DNA from: Squalus acanthias
Taxonomy: Eukaryota
Assembly (NCBI GenBank): GCA_030390025.1
Contig: CM059425.1
Span: 177,446,001-177,510,000 of the forward strand
Reading direction: 5' to 3'
Length of the DNA: 64,000 nucleotides
Shown one piece after another: positions 14,235 to 26,549 of the stretch. The notes under the pieces were generated by a model. The model was not told where the DNA came from. It did not search any database and worked only from the letters and a program-made list of their open reading frames with translations. Each line of letters starts with the position of its first letter. The stretch's first letter is position 1. The translations under genes were made by a program, and so were the position numbers.

Positions 14235-14600
14235 ACAGAGCCTCATCATGCCAGAGAAATGTCACAAAGCACTTCACATTACTTTTCAGTTCTATTGCGA
14301 AGTCAAACAGCAGCCAATTTTCAAGATTACACCCAACAGCATTGAGATGGACCAACAAGTTTTTTTTTTAAATGTCGGCTGAAAAAAGTTAGTCTGGATA
14401 ATTCCCTGTTCTTCAAAAATATCCTATGATACGAACATCCACTTGAATAGGTAGATGGACCCTCTGTTGACCATCTCAGTCAAAGGACAGCACGTCTTCA
14501 GTACGGCTCTAGAATATCAACCTCGAGTGCAAAGCCTGGAGTGGGGCCCTTATTACACAAGCTTCCGACTGAGGGGAGTGTGTTACCAACTGATCCAGAC
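14235..14600 (-). mobile_element. Highly degraded Deu-SINE-like copy
   Basis: Reverse complement shows patchy similarity to the head, body and tail of the SINE at 54455-55146. Confidence 0.4.
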
Positions 14601-15431
14601 AGACATCAGCTAATGTAGTATTACAAGATTGCTCATCTTCCTTCACCTGCACATTTTGCAAATTTGGTAAGCGTTTCCACTGATTTTACATTTTTTTGTG
14701 GGGGAAGAAGCCATGAACAGAAAGTGCTAGGCATCTAGTACCAGCTGGACAGATCTCCATTACAAATAGCCCACTGCTGCGCTTTGTATAATTGCACTGC
14801 ACATAATTCTCCATTCCTTTGTTCGGAAATTGCACTCAATGTGTGGTGCAATAGCATTGTAAGTCATTTTGTGTTGCTGTCTCCAGGTATATTTCAGATG
14901 GGAAGGGGTTGAGAGAGTGTAAGAGAAGAGGGAAAAGAAGAGAAAGTTTGGAAGGACTAAATCTAATTGCACTGTTTGGTGTTTTGCATAGCTTTACTAG
15001 TTCAAGTGGACATAGTATCAACATTTCACACATCCATACTCTAATATTTTAGTGACAAAATGCTAGATTCCACTATGCCACCAAGATATTGTGGCAAAAA
15101 ACATTGCCATGCGAATGTTTTATCATGGCAAAATCTGAACTACTGAAAAGGGCATGAATCAAGTTTAACCCATAAGACAAATCACACATCCAAACTTACT
15201 GTGTGGAACGACAAGTTATTTGCCCTCTCCATTTAAAAGTACACAACAACTGGTTACTTTGAACTGCAGGAGTTCGATGCTAGTAATCAATTCTAAGCAA
15301 AGCATTACAGGTTTTAGTATATAAGTACTGAAAAAAAAATAGCAGCCACAGTTGGCACCCAGCCACCCTGTAGCTGATTAACAATTTTTTCATTATATAT
15401 AAGTGGTAGCTGTATTTCCCAAATTCAATAG

Positions 15432-17600
15432 AACAGTGATCATAGCATCATAAGGTTTAGGTTAGCTATGGAAAAGGACAGGGAGCAATCTAGAGAAAAA
15501 TACTTAATTGGAGGAAGACCAATTTCAGTGGGTTGAGAATGGAGCTGGCCCGGGTAAATTGGAATCAAAGATTGGCAGGCAAAACAGTAATTGAATAGGC
15601 CGCCTTTAAAGAGATGATTCGAGTACAGTTGAGGTACATTCACATGAGGGGGAAAGGTAGGGCAACCAAAGCCAGAGCTCCCTGGATGACGAAAGAGATA
15701 GAGAGCAATATAAAGCAGAAAAAAGGGGCGTATGACAGATGCCAGGTTGAGAATACAAGTGGGAACCAGGCTGAATACAGAAAGTTCAGAGGGAAAGTGA
15801 AAAAGGAAATAAGAGTGGTAAAGAGGGAGTATGAGAATAGACTGGCAGCTAACATAAAAAGGAATCCAAAAGTTTTCTATAGGCATATAAATAGTAAACG
15901 GGTAGTAAGAGGAGGGGTGGGGCCGATTAGGAACCAAAAAGGAGACCTACGCATGGAGACAGAGGGTATGGCTGAAGTGCTAAATGAGTACTTTGCATCT
16001 GTCTTCACCAAGGAAGAAGATGCTGCCCAAGTCATAGTGAAAGAGGAGGTAGTTGAGATATTTGATAGGATAAATATTGATAAAGAGGAGGTACTAGAAA
16101 GGCTGTCTGTAGATAAGTCACCAAAACCGAATGGGATGCATCATAGAATGCTGAAGGAAGTAAAGGTGGAAATTGCAGAGGTACTGGCCATAATCTTCCA
16201 ATCCTCCTTGGATACAGGGGGTGGTGCCAGAGGACTGGAGAACTGCAAATGTTACACCCTTGTTCAAAAAAGGGTGCAAGGATAAACCCAGCAACTACAG
16301 GCCAGTCAGTTTAACCTCGGTAGTGGGGAAGCTTTTAGAAACGATAATCCGGGGCAAAATTAACAGTCACTTGGACAAGTGTGGATTAATTAAGGAAAGC
16401 CAGCACGGATTTGTTAAAGGTAAACTGTGTTTAACTAACTTGATTGAATTTTTTGATGATGGCAATGCGGTTGATGTGGTGTACATGGACTTCCAAAAGG
16501 CGTTTGATAAAGTGCCACAGAATAGGCTTGCCAGAAAAGTTGAAGCCCATGGAATAAAAGGGACAGTGGCAGCATGGATACGAAATTGGCTAAGTGACAG
16601 GAAACAGTAATGGTGGACGGTTGTTTTTCGGACTGGTGTTCCCCAGAGGTCGGTACTAGGACCAGTGCTTTTCTGGATATATATTAATGATTTGGACTTA
16701 GGTGTACAGGGCACTATTTCAAAATTTGCGGATGACAAAACTTGGAAGTATAGTGAACAGTGAGGATAGTGATAGACTTCAAGAGGACATACAGGCTGGT
16801 GGTATGTGCAGACACGTGGCAGATGAAATTTAACACAGAAAAGTGCGAAGTGATACATTTTGGTAGGAAGAACGAGGAGAGGCAATATAAACTAAAGGGT
16901 ACAATCCTAAAGGGGGTGCAGGAAGAGAGAGACCTGGGGGTATACGTGCACAAATCGTTGAAGGTGGCAGGACAGGTTGAGAAAGCGGTTAAAAAGGCTT
17001 AAAGGATCCTGGGCTTTATAAATAGATGCATAGAATACAAAAGCAAGGAAATTATGATGAATCTTTATAAAACACTGGTTCGGCCACAATTGGAGCATTT
17101 AGGAAGGATGTGATGGCTTTAGAGAGGGTGCAGAAAAGATTTACAACAATGGTTCCAGGAATGAGGGACTTCAGTTACGTGGATAGACTGGAGAGGCTGG
17201 GGTTGTTCTCCTTAGACCAGAGACGATTGAGAGGAGATTTGATAGAGGTGTTCAAAATCATGAGGGGTCTAGACAGAGTAGATAGAGAGATACTGTTCCC
17301 ATTGGCAGAAGGGTCGAGAACCAGAGGACACAGATTTAAGGTGATTGGCAGAAGATCCAAAGGCGACATGAGGAAAAATGTTTTTACACAGTGAGTGGTT
17401 ATGATCCGGAATGCACTGCCTGAAAGGGCAGTGGAGGCAGTTTCAATTGTGGCTTTCAAAAGGGAATTAGATAAATACCTGAAGGAAAAAAATTGCAGGG
17501 TTACAGAGAAAGGGCAGGGGATTGGGACTAGTGGAAGTGCTCTTGCAGAGAGCTGGCACGGGCTCGACGGGCCGAATGGCCTCCTACTGTGCTGTAACCA
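15432..17600 (+). mobile_element. 5'-truncated CR1 LINE (RT region), antisense within the FEM1C intron
   Basis: NYRPVSLTSVVGK, QHGF, YMDFQKAFDKVP, WQMKFN and RLRGDLIEVFK motifs; frameshifted; CR1 tail present. Confidence 0.93.
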
Positions 17601-20081
17601 AAGATAAATACACTAGTCTTACTCCTTTAACTGCAGCAATGCAGTAGAATTAAAATTTATACAATACACTTAAGTTACGCTTCTTTGACTGGGATACAAT
17701 AAAAAGTCAATTATCACAATTCACCATATTAAAAGTAAGGTTGCTGAGAAAAGATAGTCAATACTAAAATTGTTTTAAGCATTCTCCTATGAGCTGTGCC
17801 ACATTTGCAACAGCCAGATTTCAATTCCCTACAAAAAGGTGTCAATTAAAAAGTTAAAATTTACCAAGTTGATTTAACCCATTAACACTCAACATTTAAA
17901 ATTGGACTGGATTTCCATTCATAGTTACTGCTGTGCTCTCCTGAAAGAGGAGAATTTGGGGGGTGGGGGTGAGGTGATACAGCAGAGTTACATGGGCAGA
18001 TGCCCTCCAGTACCCAGTCTTTGTATAATGTCACCAGTCTCTGTTAGTTAACCATTTTTTTTAATATAAAAGGAGTTTGGTTTTATTGGGTTTTTTTTTG
18101 GGGGGTGGGGGGGGGGAGGAGGAGAAGAGAGAGAAAGGAAAGGAGGAACCAAAATCTTTAGTATACATGCACACAAAAACTGTACAGTAAGCAGGCACCC
18201 GTGCTGAGTCTCCCTCTCCCTAACCGAATTGCAGATGTCAACTGAAATACCACTGCTGCCCAAGCATTGACAGACCTGCGGCCTTCCTGCTTTGTATGGC
18301 TCAGTATACCAGAGCACACTGTGGGCTTTATAGCAAGTGAATTAAATCATAATTTATAGTTTTCCAGAGTAATCCCCAAACGCATGTAATAATTCCAGAA
18401 CCCCATGTTAATAATGTGGAATTTGACTTATGTACAGTCACTGTTGAGTCACTGGCCCTGTCAATGAGTTGTCAGTGAGCCCTACGTTCAACTTTCACAA
18501 GAGGAGAAGTAACAAGTGATATGAAATATATGCAGTGTACTTCTGGAAATTAGTCCCTGGTTTCATAAAAGTTAACCCTTAAATGACTGACTACTTGAGT
18601 TGAGAGGGGAGAGGAACTCAAATTCCCTTGACGGTCACTTGAAACACTCTACATTATTAAGTTATGCTACAATGTAATGCCATGGGACAACTGGGTCATA
18701 CACACTGCCACTCTTTGTGGAAGGCTGCAAATCTAAAATAGCGTTTAAGCGGGGGGGGAAAGAGGGCAAATGAAATGGAAGAGAAGGAGGAAGAAATCAA
18801 TGCCCCTTCTACAGAGAGAATCATATGCTGTGACTGGGCACACAAACTTCCCAAAGCAACTATAAAAACCTCAACCTGAAAAGTATGGCTTACTTTAGAA
18901 CTCATGGACTGTGATCATTTGTATAGAGACAATTTGTATACAGACAATATGCACAAGTACACTTCTGCCACTTGTGACTGCACTGCTTGAAGGAAACTAC
19001 TACATCTGTAGATATCCTCCCTCTGCTATAAAAGCATTTTACATTGACTTGCTTTCAGGAAAACTTAATCTGGCTCTCTAAATTATATGTGGAGGATTTC
19101 AATATAAATAAATCATCTATAGAGTATTGAACCATTTTACAGCAGCATTAAAAGAAACTGCTACCAGTTGGCTACACCAGAGTTCTTGGCAAGTCAGGTA
19201 ACAGGAAACACAATGCAGGAAAGTTTGAATGCACACTGAACATATCAATGCATCTCTTCAAAATGGACCAGGACCCATGTAAATAGGTCAGTGTATAGAC
19301 CATACACAGACAACACATCATTGTGCAAAACAGTTTGTGTAATTGTGTAAATTCTACCTTTGATTCATGTCACTCACTCATCCGTGAAAGTACAGGCCAA
19401 ATACACCCTACAAACATTTCAATTACCATCTAACCAAATATGAAAATGAAAGACAGTCGTGCTGGAAAACCTTTTGAGGACATTGCAGTTTCTTAAAATT
19501 AAAAAAGAGCTAATGGGCCTCACAGCAACCTGACCATTTAAAAAAAAATATCCTCCTTCTGGAAAGTCAAGCTAAACTACGAAAAATCACGTAGATTTTG
19601 TAAATAAAATCAAAATGGGAACAAATCTGAATTTAAGACTCGTTTCCCCCCCCCAAATTGACACAAAGGAGTCTAAAAAATTACGCTTAAACCTTATGGA
19701 AAATGGTATTCAAATAACAGCGTCCTCATTCCAGCTAATTTTACTCGCTTTTTAAAATAGACATTTACATTTCTAAAGTGTTGAGACCGCAAGACGAGAA
19801 TCAAGACTCAAAATTAACCTAAAACACTAAAATCTGAAAAATAAAGTTTGTTTTAAAAATCCTGTTTTTCCACCGAGACAAGAACCCCACAATGACCAAT
19901 ACCAGAGTCACTCGATGCCGCGCTGCGATTCACAGCAGGCCGATACGGGAAGTTTACAAAAATCCTTCAAAAATTGAAAAAAACAAAATGACCCGGCTTC
20001 AGCTCAAGGGCGGATGGGGAAAGAGGGGGCCGCAGAGAGAGAGAGAGGGGGGGGAACCGGGAGCCTTTCTCGCCGAATTAC

Positions 20082-20625
20082 CTTTGACGCTCTTCCTGTT
20101 GACATCGGCCCCTTTCTCTAGCAGGTACTTGGCGATCTCCCGGTGGCCCTTGTAGCAGGAGATCATGAGGCAGGTGTGGCCGTGCCTGTTGGCCACCTCC
20201 ATGTCGGCGCGGTGCTCGATCAGGTACCTGACGATGTCCAGGTGGCCGTCGAAGCAGGCGGCCCTCAGCGGGGTCGAGTTGGTCAGGGTGGTGTTGTTGA
20301 CCGAAGCGCCGTGTTCGAGCAGCGACCTCACCACCGTCAGGTGGCCCGCGGCCGAGGCCGCCCATAGCGGCGGCGCCCCTTCGATCGTCTCGCCGTCGAA
20401 GTTGACCGACCCGCCGAGCTCCACGTCGGCGCCGCACTGCTCCAGCAAGTAAACCACCACGTCCAAGTGACCGTAACGGGCCGCCATCAGAAGCGCCGTG
20501 GCGCCGTTGGTCTTCTCGGCCGCCAGCACCGACACCTCGCCCGGGCTCTTAGCGGTTAGCAGCTTCTGCAGCAGCCGCAGCTTGCCGTCGCGGGCCGCGT
20601 TAAACACCGCCGTCTTGAAGTCCAT
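20082..20625 (-). CDS. FEM1C: FEM1C coding exon 1 (protein fem-1 homolog C, ankyrin-repeat substrate receptor of a CUL2 E3 ligase), codons 1-181 plus 1 nt
   Basis: ATG at 20625-20623 opens MDFKTAVFNAARDGKLRLL...GETIEGAPPLWAASAAGH...TNSTPLRAACFDGH...ADVNRKSVK. Donor AAAG|GTAATT with GT at 20081-20080. Exon is 544 nt, phase 1. Confidence 0.95.
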
Positions 20626-20677
20626 GCTGAGGCCGAGCCGAGGCTGCGCCTGCGCTCTCCCCCGACCCCCTCGTGCT

Positions 20678-20847
20678 CCGAGTCCCCCCGGCTCGCGCTC
20701 CTCTCCGAACCCCGAGTCCCCCCGGCTCGCGCTCCTCTCCGAACCCCGAGTCCCCCCGGCTCGCGCTCCTCTCCGAACCCCGAGTCCCCCCGGCTCGCGC
20801 TCCTCTCCGAACCCCGAGTCCTCCCGACTCGCGCTCCTCTCCGAACC
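20678..20847. repeat. GC-rich minisatellite, 5 x 34 bp (CCGAGTCCCCCCGGCTCGCGCTCCTCTCCGAACC)
   Basis: GAGTCC recurs at 20680, 20714, 20748, 20782 and 20816. The first four units are identical and the fifth has two substitutions. Confidence 0.95.
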
Positions 20848-21737
20848 CGGCTCTCGCGGGCTCCGCCTGCCGCTCACAGTTCCACGGCTCCTTCCTCCCA
20901 ACCGCCGCCTGCTCCGCCTCCCTTGCGCTCGAGCGTCTCCGGGCTTGGCCCTAACTTTCTCCTCTAGTTTCCCTCGCGTCTCTGTCCTCTCTTTTCGCCA
21001 GTTACCTCGGGCTTATTCTATTTTGTTGGTCGCTCTTTTTCTTCTCCTGCTTATCGTTAATTTAACAAAATTCTCGTCAAGTAATCGAATGGCTTTTCCA
21101 CCATTCGACTGGTTGGCGTTCGTTTTTTTTTGACCCACTTCCCCTCTAACAGCCAACACCGACCAGGCTTTTTTTTTTAAAGTGAGCTCATAACGGAGAG
21201 GGGCAAATGCAAAGACCGTCAGCCTAACTTTATTAGCGGAAGTTGAACTTTTCTTCAATTGAAAAGCGGCGCAGCCAATAATGGATGACGCCGCGGAAAG
21301 TGTGGTTTAACAAGCGAACGGTGTCGATTATGACAGAGGGAGAGAGCCGGTTTCTATGGTGTCAAAGAGCCAATAGGAAAGCGGGAGCGGTGTAGGGGCG
21401 GGGCTGTCGAGGAGCGGCCAGCCGGAAAGGACCTTGCAACTCTGGGCGTTTAAAAATGTGCCTGATTGGAAAGAAGTGTTATAGAAAATTGATGAAGTTG
21501 AGCACCATCTAGTGTACAGTTCCGAGAGAAAAGCAAATCACTATACTTGGTGGAGTTTTATAAAGCTTTTTAATCTTTCCGTTGTCTCCAATTTTCTTCC
21601 CCTTTCCTATCTTCATGTCCTGAAGTTGCTGACTCATGCTGCTCCACAATCCAGTATCTCATCCAAGTGTTCATTTCTTCTATTAAGCTAAATAGTGAAT
21701 GTTGGAAAATTACCTTTATGAAAACTCATCATCATGT

Positions 21738-21840
21738 ACAACAGTGACTACACTTCAAAAGTACTTCATTGGCTGTAAAGCACTTTGAGACGTCCAGTGG
21801 TCATGAAAGGTGCTATATAAATGCAAGTCTTTCTTTCTTT
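21738..21840 (+). mobile_element. Deu-SINE 3' tail
   Basis: ACAACAGTGACTACACTTCAAAAGTACTTCATTGGCTGTAAAG...CTATATAAATGCAAGTCTTTCTTTCTTT. Confidence 0.75.
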
Positions 21841-22151
21841 ATGAGTCTCCCAGCTACTGAGAAATCCACACACATCTGTAGGGTTTCTGCTCACCTAATA
21901 TGGAATATACGCTGTCTTCCCCATAGGGATAATCATTAGCGGTGCCCTGGAGTGCTATGGACCTTGTTCAGGTATCACTATAAGGAGGATTCACTTGGTT
22001 CTGAGCTTTCATTGCAGAGCATGTCATCTTGGATCAACCTTGGGCTCAAAGAAACCCTGCTTATCTTCATTCCTCCACACCCCCTAAGGAGGATAGTCAC
22101 TAGATGATTGTCAAACAACTGGCAAATACAGGTCTGAACCTGAACTAGATA

Positions 22152-22355
22152 TGATGTGGAGATGCCGGTGTGTTGGACTGGGGTGGACAAATGTGAGAAG
22201 TCGCACAACACCAGGTTATAGTCCAACAGTTTTATTTGAAATCACAAGCTTTCGGAGCGCTGCTCCTTCACCTGACGAAGGAGCAGTGCTCCGAAAGCTT
22301 GTGATTTCAAATAAAACTGTTGGACTATAACCTGGTGTTGTGCGACTTCTCACAT
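22152..22355. mobile_element. Non-autonomous foldback element, probably derived from a Penelope-like pLTR
   Basis: 79-bp inverted arms (22191-22269 and 22277-22355, 1 mismatch) and a 12-bp TSD CTGAACTAGATA (22140-22151 and 22356-22367). A sibling copy lies at 62170-62313. Confidence 0.85.
22268..22304 (+). ncRNA. Minimal type-I hammerhead ribozyme motif (family 2)
   Basis: UCAC-CUGACGA-A-GGAGC(AGU)GCUCC-GAAA-GC-UU-GUGA: complete core, helix I UCAC/GUGA, 5-bp helix II, palindromic AGCU at helix III. Confidence 0.8.
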
Positions 22356-22512
22356 CTGAACTAGATAGACAGCAGGTAACAGGAGCTCTTCATGAGCAGC
22401 ACAACTGACCATCTTCCTGAGCACACCATATCCCCTTGAATGCTGGTTTCTCCTAAATGGAGGTGCGGAGCTTCAACAGCAGCTGTTTTCTCATACCCAA
22501 TTATGGTAGGTA

Positions 22513-23430
22513 TCAACAACAACTTACATTTATATAGCGCCTTTAACGTAGTAAAACGTCCCAAGGCGCTTCACAGGAGCGTTATCAAACAAAAGTTGAC
22601 ACCGAGCCACATAAGGAGATATTCAGACAGGTGACTAAAAGCTTGGTCAAAGAAGTAGGTTTTAAGGAGCATCTTAAAGGAAAGTATCCCGTATGCCTTC
22701 TTAAAAAGGAAAAAAAACTTTCCTTCATTAGTCGAGGCATAAGAGCAGGAATGTTATGCTTGAACTGTATAAAACACTAGTTAGGCCACAGCTAGAGTAC
22801 TGCGTACAGTTCTAGTCACCACATTACAGGAAAATATGATTGCACTAAAGAGAGTACAGAGGAGATTTACAAGGATGTTGCCAGGACTGGAGAATTTTAG
22901 CTATGAGGAATGATTAGATAGGCTGGGGTTGTTTTCTTTGGAGCAGAGGAGGCTAAGGGGAGATTTAATTGAGGTGTATAAAATTATAAGAGGCCTCGAT
23001 AGAGTGGATAGGAAGGACCTATTTCCCTGAGCAGAGAGGTCAGTAACCAGGGGGCATAGATTTAAAGTAATGGTAGAAGGATTAGAGGAGAGTTAAGGAG
23101 AATTTTTTTTACCCAGAAGGTGGTAGGGGTCTGGAACTTACTGCCTGAAAGGGTGGTAGAGGCAGAAACCCTCATCACATTTAAAAAGTACTTGGATGTG
23201 CAATTGAAGTGCCATAACCTACAGGGCTACAGACCAAGAGCAGGAAAGTGGGATGGGACTAATGGCCTCCTTACTGTAGATTTCTATGATTTAAAGGAGG
23301 AGAGAGAGGCGGAGAGGTTTCGGGAGGGAATTATAGAGCTTATGGCCAAGGCAGCTGAAGGCACGGCCGCCAATGGGGGAGCGATGAAAATTGAGGATGC
23401 ACAAGAGGCCAGAATTGGAGGAAGGGGGAA
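22513..23430 (-). mobile_element. L2 LINE 3' end interrupted by a plus-strand CR1 fragment (22682-23290)
   Basis: The L2-type tail (CAACAACAACTTACATTTATATAGCGCC) resumes after the CR1. TTAAAGGA is duplicated at 22674-22681 and 23291-23298. The CR1 shows RPQLEYC and WNLLP motifs. Confidence 0.8.
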
Positions 23431-24780
23431 TCTAGCCTGAATATGCGTGCAAATTTAATTACACCTGGCCTCCAGATAATGCCGGCTACAATTGTCCCAA
23501 AGCTCAAAATGTTTTCATTGGCTATATGAACTGCATCTGCTTTCAACATGGTGGAAGGACCAGGTTTCTGATCAGGATGACCCTACCTTGTTTAATCACC
23601 TGATATAATAGGAGTAGTAGTAGGCTGGAAAGGAGTAAAAGTCCATGGAATCTGCTAAATGCCTGATTGTGGCACTAATGTTGTTACTAAGTCCTCTATG
23701 CCTTCAATTATGCTTTCACTCATTTTGTCTCACATTATTCTTTATTTCCTGGGCTATTCATTGATGTTTTCCTTTATAACTTAGCCACATAGTCCAACTT
23801 CTGTTGACTTGACTCACATTGTTTTGCTATTATGGAGTAAATTATAAGTCAAGGTATTCCATCTTGAGTGGATCCACATGTCAGAGACTATATCGAGGCC
23901 AGAACTTTATTTTAATTTCTCAAGTTTATTTTCATTCGTTCATGGGATGTGGGCGTCGCTGGAAAGGCCAGCATTTATTGCCTATCCCTAATTGCCCTTG
24001 AGAAGGTGGTGGTGAGCCACCTTCTTGAACCGCTGCAGTACGTGTGGTGAAGGTACTCCCACAGTGCTGTTAGGGAGGGAGTTCCAGGATTTTGACCCAG
24101 CGACGATGAAGGAACGGCGATATACTTCCAAGTCAGGATGGTGTGTAACTTGGAGGGGAACTTGCAGGTGGTGGTGTTCCCATGTGCCTGCTGCCCTTGT
24201 CCTTCTAGGTGGAAGAGGTCGCGGGTTTGGGTGGTGCTGCTGAAGAAGCCTTGGCCACAGTACGCTGGTGGTGGAGGGAGTGAATGTTTAAGGTGGTGGA
24301 TGGGGTGCCAATCAACCCCCGGCTGCTTTGTCCTGGATGGTGTCGAGCTCCTTGATTGTTGGAGCTGCACTCATCCAGGCAACTGGAGAGTATTCCATCA
24401 CACTCCTTACTTGTGCCTTGTAGATGATGGAAAGGCTTTGGGGAGTCAGGAGGTGAGACACTCGCCGCAGAATACCTAGCCTCTGACCTGCTCTTGTTGC
24501 CACAGTATTTATGTGGCTGGTCCAGTTAAGTTTCAGGATGTTGATGGTGGGGGATTCGGCGATGGTAATGCCGTTGAATGCCATGGGGAGGTGGTTAGAC
24601 TCTCGCTTGTTGGAGATAGTCATTGCCTGGCACTTCTGTGGTGCGAATGTTAGCTGCCACTTATCAGCCCAAGCCTGAACGTCATCCAGATCTTGTTGCA
24701 TGCGGACATGGACTGCTGCATTATCTGAGGAGTTGTGAATTGTGCAGTCATCAGCGAACATCCCCATTTCTGACCTTATG

Positions 24781-24897
24781 AAAAAGAAAGACTTGCATTT
24801 ATATAGCGCCTTTCACGACCACCAGACGTCTCAAAGCGCTTTACAGTCAATGAAGTACCTTTTTTTTGAAGTGGAGTCACTGTTGTAATGTGGGAAT
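24781..24897 (-). mobile_element. Deu-SINE 3' tail inserted in the family B LINE RT
   Basis: Reverse complement of the tail at 21738-21840; it interrupts the host between GVPQGSVLGP and FADD. Confidence 0.75.
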
Positions 24898-26077
24898 GTT
24901 ATGTTGGAGGGAAGGTCATGAGGCAGCTGAAGATGGTTGGGCCTAGGACACTGCCCTGAGGAACTCCTGCAGTGAAGTCCTGGGGCTGTGATGATTCACC
25001 TCCAACCAGTACAACCATCTTCCTTTGTGCTAAGTATGACTCCAGCCAGTGAAGAGTTTTTCCCCCAATTCCCATTGACTTCGTTTTACTAGGGCCCCTT
25101 GATGCCACACTCGGTCAAATGCTGCCTTGATGTCAAGGGCAGTCACCTATGGAATTCAGCTCCTTTGTCCATGTTTGGACCAAGGCTGTAATGAGGTCTG
25201 GAGCTGAGTGGTCTTGGCGGAACCAAACTCGGCATCAGTGAGCAGGTTATTGGTGAGTAAGTGCCTCTTGATAGCACTGTCGATGACACCTTCCATCACT
25301 TTGCTGGAGCACAAGTCTTCAGCACGACAGCCGGGATGTTGTCGGGGCCCATAGCCTTTGCTGTATCCAGTGCGCATAGCCATTTCTTGATATCACGTAG
25401 AGTGGATCTAATTGGCTGAAGACTGGCTTCTGTGATGGTGGTGACCTCAGGAGGAGGCCGATATGGATCATTCACTCGGCACTTCTGGCTGAAGATGGTT
25501 GCAAACACTTCAGCCTTGTCTTTTGCACTTAAGTGCTGGGCTCCGCCATCATTGAGGATGGGGATATTCATGGAGCCTCCTCCTCCCATGAGTTGTTTAA
25601 TAGTCCACTACCATTCACGACTGGATGTGGCAGGACTGCAGAGCTTTGATCTGATCCGTTGATTGTGGAATCTCTTAGCCCTGTCTATAGCATGCTGCTT
25701 CCGCTTTTTAGCATTCATGTAGTCCTGTGTTGCAGCTTCCCCAGGTTCACACCTATTTTTAGGTACGCCTGGTGCTGCTCCTGGCATGCTCTTCTACACT
25801 CCTCATTGAACCAGGGTTGGTCCCCTGTCTTGATGGTAATGATAGAATGAGGGATATGCCGGGCCATGAGGTTACAGATTTTGGTGGAATACAATTCTGC
25901 TGCTGCTGTTGGACCACAGCGCCTCATGGATGCCCAGTTTTGAGCTGCTAGATCTGTTCAGAATCGATCCCATTTAGCACGGTGGTAGTGCCACACAACA
26001 CGATGGAGGGTGTCCTCATTGTGAAGACGGGACTTCGTCTCAACAATGACTATGCAGTGGTCACTGCAACCAATACT

Positions 26078-26549
26078 AGTGCAGCTCCAACAACACTCAA
26101 GAAGCTCGACACCATCCAGGACAAAGCAGCCCGCTTGATTGGCACCCCATCCACCACCTTAAACATTCACTCCCTCTACCACCGGCGTACCATGGCTGCA
26201 GTGTGTACCATCTACAAGATGCACTGCAACAACTCGCCAAGGCTTCTTCGGCAGCACCTCCCAAACCCGCGACCTCTTCCAACTAGAAGGATAAGGGCAG
26301 CAGGCGCATGGGAACAACACCACCTCCAAGTCACACACCATCCTGACTTAGAAGTATATCGCCAATCCTTCATCGTTGCTGGGTCAAAGTCCTGGAACTC
26401 CCTCCCTAACAGCACTGTGGGAGTACCTTCACATGGACTGCAGCGGTTCAAGAAGGTGGCTCACCACCACCTTCTCAAGGCCAATTAGGGATGGACAATA
26501 AATGATGGCCTTGCCAGCGACACCCACATCCTATAAACAAATAAAAAAA
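26078..26549 (+). mobile_element. Family B LINE 3' fragment inserted antisense into a copy of its own family
   Basis: SAAPTTLKKLDTIQDKAARLIG...WNSLP plus A-rich tail; AATACT duplicated at 26072-26077 and 26550-26555. Confidence 0.85.

Larger units (their letters stand above)
20040..21470 (-). promoter_or_regulatory. CpG island and promoter of FEM1C
   Basis: High CpG density over exon 1 and leader. CCAAT at 21275-21279 and 21370-21374, ATTGG at 21465-21469, GC box GGGGCGGGG at 21395-21403, TGACG half-site at 21286-21290. Confidence 0.75.

Noticed and set aside
19999..20081. ORF continuation GNSARKAPG...
   Set aside because: Intronic read-through past the GT donor at 20081.
20678..20847. CRISPR-like periodic repeat
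   Set aside because: Units are head-to-tail with no unique spacers, in a vertebrate context with no cas genes.
20626..20901. 92-aa N-terminal extension of FEM1C in the ORF track
   Set aside because: It starts at TTG, consists of translated minisatellite, and open frames are expected in GC-rich DNA. The conserved protein starts at MDFK.
22191..22355. Conserved pre-miRNA or intrinsic terminator
   Set aside because: The TSD, a second dispersed copy and the hammerhead core indicate a mobile element.
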